From NCBI GenBank assembly GCA_000146045.2, contig BK006943.2:1-64000 (forward strand): DNA of 64,000 nucleotides, in the 5' to 3' direction. A program made the position numbers and the translations under genes. The notes beneath the pieces are model-generated. The model did not search any database. It was not told the origin of the DNA and saw only the letters and a list, made by a program, of their open reading frames with translations. Of this stretch, positions 59,091-64,000 are shown piece after piece (position 1 is the stretch's first letter; each line of letters opens with the position of its first letter). The DNA comes from TPA_inf: Saccharomyces. Lineage: Eukaryota.

Positions 59091-59099
59091 TCAAATATA

Positions 59100-59172
59100 T
59101 GCTTCCAATCGGATTTGAACCGATGATCTCCACATTACTAGTGTGGCGCCTTACCAACTTGGCCATAGAAGC
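59100..59172 (-). tRNA. tRNA-Thr (anticodon AGU), 73 nt
   Basis: Minus-strand GCTTCTATGGCCAAGTTGGTAAGGCGCCACACTAGTAATGTGGAGATCATCGGTTCAAATCCGATTGGAAGCA. 7-bp acceptor stem GCTTCTA/TGGAAGC. Anticodon loop CTAGTAA with anticodon AGT. A-box TGGCCAAGTTGG and B-box GGTTCAAATCC. Confidence 0.9.
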
Positions 59173-59502
59173 TTCTATTTTATATTTGCCTGACCTATTT
59201 TAACGGTTATATTCCACAAACATTTTAATCATGAAGCAATTTTTTTGATGTTGATGTGAGAGTAATAAGCACTGTGCTGAGAAGAGGATCAACAACATGA
59301 TATTCTACGGAACGTAAAGGATACAATGTTATTGGACTAAGAATCGTCTATCATCTTAAGAAATGGGTGGATGATCGGACAATTATTGAGAAGGTTTCAT
59401 TGTGGAGAACAAATCGCAATATTGTGCAATCCTTTAGATATGTCAAGATAAAATACTAGGGAGGCTTCGCCCATTCATTAAAGAGTATAGCTACCGCATA
59501 CT

Positions 59503-59784
59503 GTTTAGTAGTATACTATCACATGTGGTGTAAAAAGATAACATAAAGATTGAGAATCAGTCATCAAATGTAATGGAAGCTGAAAATGCAAGGATTGATA
59601 GTGTAATAGGAACGAAACATATGAAAACGGAATGAGGAATAGTCGTATTATTAGTATGTATAGATTCCATTTGAGAATTCTTATATCCTCGAGGGGAACT
59701 TCTAGTATATTCTGTATACATAATATTGTAGCCTCTATCAACAACGGAATCCCAACAATTATCTCAAAACTCACTTATATCTCA
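59503..59784 (+). mobile_element. Solo Ty1/Ty2 delta LTR (partial or degenerate) about 330 bp upstream of the tRNA-Thr gene
   Basis: Begins TGTT..., ends ...TCTCA. An internal segment (ggaagctgaaa..gcaaggattgata.tgtaataggaa...aacggaatgaggaata.tcgta.tattagtatgta.agattccattt.agaattc.tatatcctcgagg.gaacttctagtatat) closely matches the Ty1 delta consensus. Position upstream of a pol III gene is the typical Ty1 target. Confidence 0.7.
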
Positions 59785-59855
59785 CAAAACACTCAATAGC
59801 GACCCTTAAATGTTACTGAACCTCATATTGTTTCGCTCTGCTCCCTTATATATTG

Positions 59856-60182
59856 TTAATGCAATCGGGACAGCTCACTGACTGAACGGTGAATAGTGGC
59901 TCCCGGAAAGCTGAGAGTTGTGAACTCGCCACCTCTGTTAAGTAAGTCGTAAGCTGTTAAAGCTGCGTCACGAGTAATGAGCTGCCAGTTCGGCCTCTGA
60001 TCGCTGTACTTTATGGTAAAAAGATAGTTCCTAGTAGAAGACGAGTCATACTCGTAAACAAGCACCGCTGGATACTCTTCTCTATCAAGACGTAAAGCGT
60101 ACTTGTAATCTCTAAGTTCGCCAATCCAAATTTCTGATATGCCACTCATTATCCTCACCCCACATGCTGACACCTTATACAT
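59856..60182 (-). CDS. YJL199C: Small ORF of unknown function, 108 aa
   Basis: 108-aa ORF with ATG start at the position corresponding to YJL199C (MBB1). No recognisable domain. Coding status is uncertain from sequence alone. Confidence 0.4.
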
Positions 60183-60757
60183 TCAATATCTCCCTTCTCC
60201 TACTTAACCTTATGTTACCCTTTTTTTTTGGCTTGCATTTATATTTGGTTTACATAGCAACAACCGATAGCGGGTAACAGCATTAAGCTTCCCATCTCCC
60301 GTTCACTGTTATTACCTTTGGCACGTAAAGGGCCGGCTAATAATGTCGTATTTCCACTGATTTGGATGTATGTTGCATGGTGCTAGATTGTGAATAAATC
60401 ATTTCCACTGGTTTCTAGCAGAGGTAAGAAAATCAGTAGTAGCGGCAGCAGCCAAGAAAAATGGCAGCCTGGCAAGCAGCGAAGGCCATCTGTGCTGCAT
60501 TTCCACACTCCTTGTATGACTGCATACGCATAAAGAGGTGCCTTGCTGTAGGCGTATATGATCCTAAGCAACAGAGAAACCACGGTTCTCTTCTCTTCTT
60601 ATTTCGTTATTGTCTTCCCTTTTTACTATGGGTAAAGTCGCCCTAAAGCGGGGCGCTCACAATATCGCCGCAGCTACAGCCGTTTTTTTTTTTTTTGTTT
60701 TTTTTTGCGCTGCTTCTCGAAGAATGAATGGCTCACTGAAAAATTTTGATTCATCGA

Positions 60758-60763
60758 TATAAA
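60758..60763 (+). promoter_or_regulatory. TATA element (TATAAA) about 81 bp upstream of PHO90, preceded by a long poly(dT) tract at 60684-60707
   Basis: gatataaagaac seen directly. The T14GT9 tract upstream is typical of a nucleosome-depleted promoter. Confidence 0.3.
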
Positions 60764-60843
60764 GAACACTGTTCACTTCGATGTCATCCGGCCAATAAAG
60801 TTGTTTTTAGGATAAACGAGTAAGTGGTAGCTGGTACAGGATC

Positions 60844-63489
60844 ATGAGATTTTCACACTTCTTGAAGTACAATGCTGTCCCAGAATGGCAAAACCATTAT
60901 ATGGACTACAGCGAGCTGAAAAATCTTATTTACACGCTACAAACAGATGAACTTCAGGTTGGTGATAACGAAGAAGGATTTGGCGCAGGAAAGAGCTCTA
61001 ACATTACAGATAGGTTCAAAAACAAGTTTTCTTTTAAAAATGCGAAGGAAGATACGTCTTCCGGTATGAACAAAGATGCAGGCATCGTTGAGGAAACCAT
61101 CGAGTTGCGAGAGTTGCCTACTGCTCAGACGGTCGCTGCCAAACCTTCTCCTTTCAGAAGAATGAAGGAAAAGATATTTTACAAAAGAAGGTCGTCTTCC
61201 GCATCGTCCGTCTCCTCCACGGCCAACGAAAATCTGCAATTAGACACTTATGATACGTTTGTTGGTGATTTAACAGCTGAAAAACAGAAAGTAGATGATT
61301 TTTATAAGAGGACAGAAGCGAAGTTCTACGACAAATTTGACGCGCTGGTGAAGGACCTGAAGAAAATCGGAGTTATAGAATACGATATCGACGATGATAC
61401 TCTGTTTAACGAACCGATTGCCAGCACAAATGACGAAGTTCCCCCACTAGACTTGGATGATGACGAAGACGACGACGAATTTTACGATGATCAATCTAAT
61501 ATTGAAGATAATACTGCTTTGCTGCATCATTCGCAGTATAACATTAAGTCTCAGAAAAAATCGCTGTTGAAGAAGTCGATCGTAAACCTATATATCGATC
61601 TTTGCCAGTTGAAGTCGTTCATCGAATTGAACCGCATTGGGTTTGCAAAAATTACAAAGAAATCAGACAAAGTTCTTCACTTGAATACAAGAACCGAACT
61701 GATCGAATCGGAGCAGTTTTTCAAAGACACATATGCATTCCAGGCAGAAACGATCGAATTGCTAAATTCCAAAATTTCCCAGCTAGTCACATTTTATGCG
61801 CGCATCACTGACCGGCCTCATAATATCTCGCATAGCAAGCAAGAGTTGAAATCCTACCTGCATGACCACATTGTTTGGGAAAGAAGTAACACTTGGAAAG
61901 ACATGTTGGGACTGCTATCGCAAGCTGACGAGTTGACACCAAAGGAAACAGAATATAATGCAAATAAGCTGGTAGGCAAGTTAGATTTGGAATACTACAG
62001 ATGGCCACTACCCAGACCGATAAACTTAAAATTCACTAGTATAAACAACGTTGCACTACCGAAATTATTTTTCACCAAGAAAGCATACAAGATTTACTTT
62101 ATTATTCTAGTCACTGGACTCTTGTTAGGAATAAAGACCTTCAACGACGCTGCTCAGCACCGCTGCATGGCCCTTGTCGAGTGTGTCGCCTTTTTGTGGG
62201 CTAGTGAGGCCATCCCATTACACATTACAGCATTCCTTGTACCACTACTTGTAGTCCTTTTCAAAGTCCTAAAAACCTCCGACGGGGCTATAATGAGTGC
62301 TGCAAGCGCTTCATCAGAAATTTTGGCCGCCATGTGGTCTTCTACAATTATGATTCTGCTGGCAGGTTTTACTTTGGGTGAAGTACTTGCACAATATAAC
62401 ATCGCCAAAGTTCTTGCCTCGTGGTTGTTGGCCTTCGCTGGTTGTAAACCCAGAAACGTTCTTTTAATGGCAATGTGTGTCGTGTTCTTCCTATCAATGT
62501 GGATTTCCAATGTCGCAGCACCTGTTCTAACATATTCGTTGTTATCTCCCCTATTGGATGCCATGGATGCAGATAGCCCATTTGCGCAAGCATTGGTGTT
62601 AGGTGTAGCGTTGGCTGCAAATATCGGTGGTATGTCTTCACCAATCTCTTCACCTCAAAACATCATTTCCATGTCGTACTTGAAACCCTATGGTATTGGC
62701 TGGGGCCAATTCTTTGCTGTTGCATTGCCATCTGGTATCCTGGCCATGCTTTTGGTTTGGATTTTATTGTTCACTACTTTCAAGATGAATAAGACCAAAT
62801 TGGAAAAATTTAAGCCTATTAAGACGAAATTCACAGTTAAGCAGTATTATATCATTACTGTCACTGTGGCCACTATTTTGTTGTGGTGTGTGGAAAGCCA
62901 GATTGAAGGTGCTTTTGGGTCATCAGGTCAAATTGCAATCATTCCCATCGTTTTGTTTTTTGGTACCGGATTACTATCAACACAAGATTTAAATGCCTTT
63001 CCGTGGTCAATCGTTATTTTGGCAATGGGAGGTATTGCTTTGGGGAAGGCCGTCTCATCCTCGGGTTTGCTATCAACCATTGCAAAAGCATTACAAAAGA
63101 AAATTGAGAATGATGGTGTTTTTGCCATTCTATGTATTTTCGGTATCCTGATGTTGGTTGTGGGTACTTTCGTCTCGCATACAGTATCCGCTATTATCAT
63201 CATTCCCTTGGTGCAAGAAGTTGGTGACAAGCTTGGCAACCCCAAAGCTGCTCCTATCCTTGTTTTCGGTTGTGCATTATTGTCATCCTGTGGTATGGGA
63301 CTAGCTTCTTCGGGGTTCCCCAATGTCACTGCCATCTCTAAAGTAGATAGAAAGGGCGATCGCTATTTAAGTGTCATGACTTTCTTAACGAGAGGTGTTC
63401 CAGCTTCTATTTTGGCTTTCCTATGTGTCATTACTCTAGGTTATGGTATCATGGCATCTGTTGTCAAGGGTAACGCAACCTCTGCGTAA
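60844..63489 (+). CDS. PHO90: Low-affinity phosphate transporter with N-terminal SPX domain and C-terminal DASS/SLC13-type permease, 881 aa
   Basis: N-terminus MRFSHFLKYNAVPEWQNHYMDYSELKNLI is an SPX domain. It is followed by an acidic linker (DLDDDEDDDEFYDD) and a 12-TM anion-permease domain. 881 aa. ATG verified. Confidence 0.88.
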   Translation: MRFSHFLKYNAVPEWQNHYMDYSELKNLIYTLQTDELQVGDNEEGFGAGKSSNITDRFKNKFSFKNAKEDTSSGMNKDAGIVEETIELRELPTAQTVAAKPSPFRRMKEKIFYKRRSSSASSVSSTANENLQLDTYDTFVGDLTAEKQKVDDFYKRTEAKFYDKFDALVKDLKKIGVIEYDIDDDTLFNEPIASTNDEVPPLDLDDDEDDDEFYDDQSNIEDNTALLHHSQYNIKSQKKSLLKKSIVNLYIDLCQLKSFIELNRIGFAKITKKSDKVLHLNTRTELIESEQFFKDTYAFQAETIELLNSKISQLVTFYARITDRPHNISHSKQELKSYLHDHIVWERSNTWKDMLGLLSQADELTPKETEYNANKLVGKLDLEYYRWPLPRPINLKFTSINNVALPKLFFTKKAYKIYFIILVTGLLLGIKTFNDAAQHRCMALVECVAFLWASEAIPLHITAFLVPLLVVLFKVLKTSDGAIMSAASASSEILAAMWSSTIMILLAGFTLGEVLAQYNIAKVLASWLLAFAGCKPRNVLLMAMCVVFFLSMWISNVAAPVLTYSLLSPLLDAMDADSPFAQALVLGVALAANIGGMSSPISSPQNIISMSYLKPYGIGWGQFFAVALPSGILAMLLVWILLFTTFKMNKTKLEKFKPIKTKFTVKQYYIITVTVATILLWCVESQIEGAFGSSGQIAIIPIVLFFGTGLLSTQDLNAFPWSIVILAMGGIALGKAVSSSGLLSTIAKALQKKIENDGVFAILCIFGILMLVVGTFVSHTVSAIIIIPLVQEVGDKLGNPKAAPILVFGCALLSSCGMGLASSGFPNVTAISKVDRKGDRYLSVMTFLTRGVPASILAFLCVITLGYGIMASVVKGNATSA

Positions 63490-63804
63490 GAGATACGTCT
63501 ACGATAGCATGTAACAGCGTATATATAATCTATATGTATTCGATTAATCCAACACTTCTGTTGTGTAGTCTAATGTTCGAAAAAAAGGTACGCTTCCCTG
63601 TTATAATCAGGTATATTTCGTTATTCTTATAAGCTAAAAGATTAAAAATTTTTCCACTTTCCTTGAAATTTGGTCGGTTCGTGGAAAAATATTATTACGT
63701 ATTGAAGAAGTGCATGAAGATAAAAGATGGGATTACTGGAAAAATAAAGGGAGGAAAATCCTGCAGAACGTTGTTGTTTCAATCGAAGGTTTCTTCATTC
63801 GAAA

Positions 63805-64000
63805 ATGGGTTCTTCAGATGTTTCAAGTCGTGAATGTTCATTGGTTTATAATGAAGATCCCGATTTCACCGATGGCACAACACCATGTGATCGGTTGGGA
63901 GTGGACTTGATGAATGTTCTAGATGACAAGGATGAAATAAAGCAAGAGTCTGTCCCAGTCTCAGATCGTGAAATTGAGGATACGGAATCCGATGCTTCCG
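63805..64000 (+). CDS. UBP12: 5' end of a ubiquitin-specific protease gene (partial; continues beyond the window)
   Basis: ATG at 63805 opens a frame (MGSSDVSSRECSLVYNEDPDFTDGTTPCDRLGVDLMNVLDDKDEIKQES...) that has no stop before the window end. Its position after PHO90 corresponds to UBP12. Confidence 0.55.
   Translation, partial: MGSSDVSSRECSLVYNEDPDFTDGTTPCDRLGVDLMNVLDDKDEIKQESVPVSDREIEDTESDAS

Noticed and set aside
1-64000. CRISPR arrays, operons, or a novel multi-gene defence or biosynthetic system
   Set aside because: The sequence is a eukaryotic (yeast) chromosome end. Every substantial ORF corresponds to a recognisable single yeast gene with its own promoter. No direct-repeat/spacer array or unexplained conserved gene cluster was seen.

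Overview
This window is the left end of Saccharomyces cerevisiae chromosome X, from the terminal C1-3A telomere tract through the start of UBP12. Window coordinates appear to equal chromosomal coordinates.

From the telomere inwards it contains:
- The terminal telomere tract, a long Y' element with a spliced two-exon helicase gene and an internal 36-bp tandem array, and an X-element region with an ARS consensus match.
- The seripauperin gene PAU1.
- A subtelomeric sugar-utilisation block: VTH2, the isomaltase/hexose-transporter pairs IMA4-HXT9 and IMA5-HXT8, and between them two small genes of bacterial-like character (YJL218W acetyltransferase, REE1).
- Ordinary single-copy genes: YJL213W, OPT1, PEX2, CBP1, NUC1, LAA1, YJL206C, the intron-containing NCE101, RCY1, PRP21, ECM25, ACO2, a tRNA-Thr(AGU) with its pol III terminator and an upstream solo Ty delta LTR, YJL199C, PHO90, and the 5' end of UBP12.

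The supplied ORF track uses TTG/GTG as start codons, so several starts were re-set to the first in-frame ATG.

I found no evidence of a novel multi-gene system. The most interesting observations are:
- YJL213W's conserved amidohydrolase N-terminus (including the HxH metal site) sits in frame upstream of the annotated start, interrupted by a single TAG.
- The duplicated IMA-HXT module brackets two genes of bacterial character.
- The Y' helicase intron contains an in-frame ATG.
- The NCE101 intron uses a distant 3' splice site.
- A tandem TTAGGG-like cluster lies next to the terminal repeats.

No CRISPR or other prokaryotic features apply.
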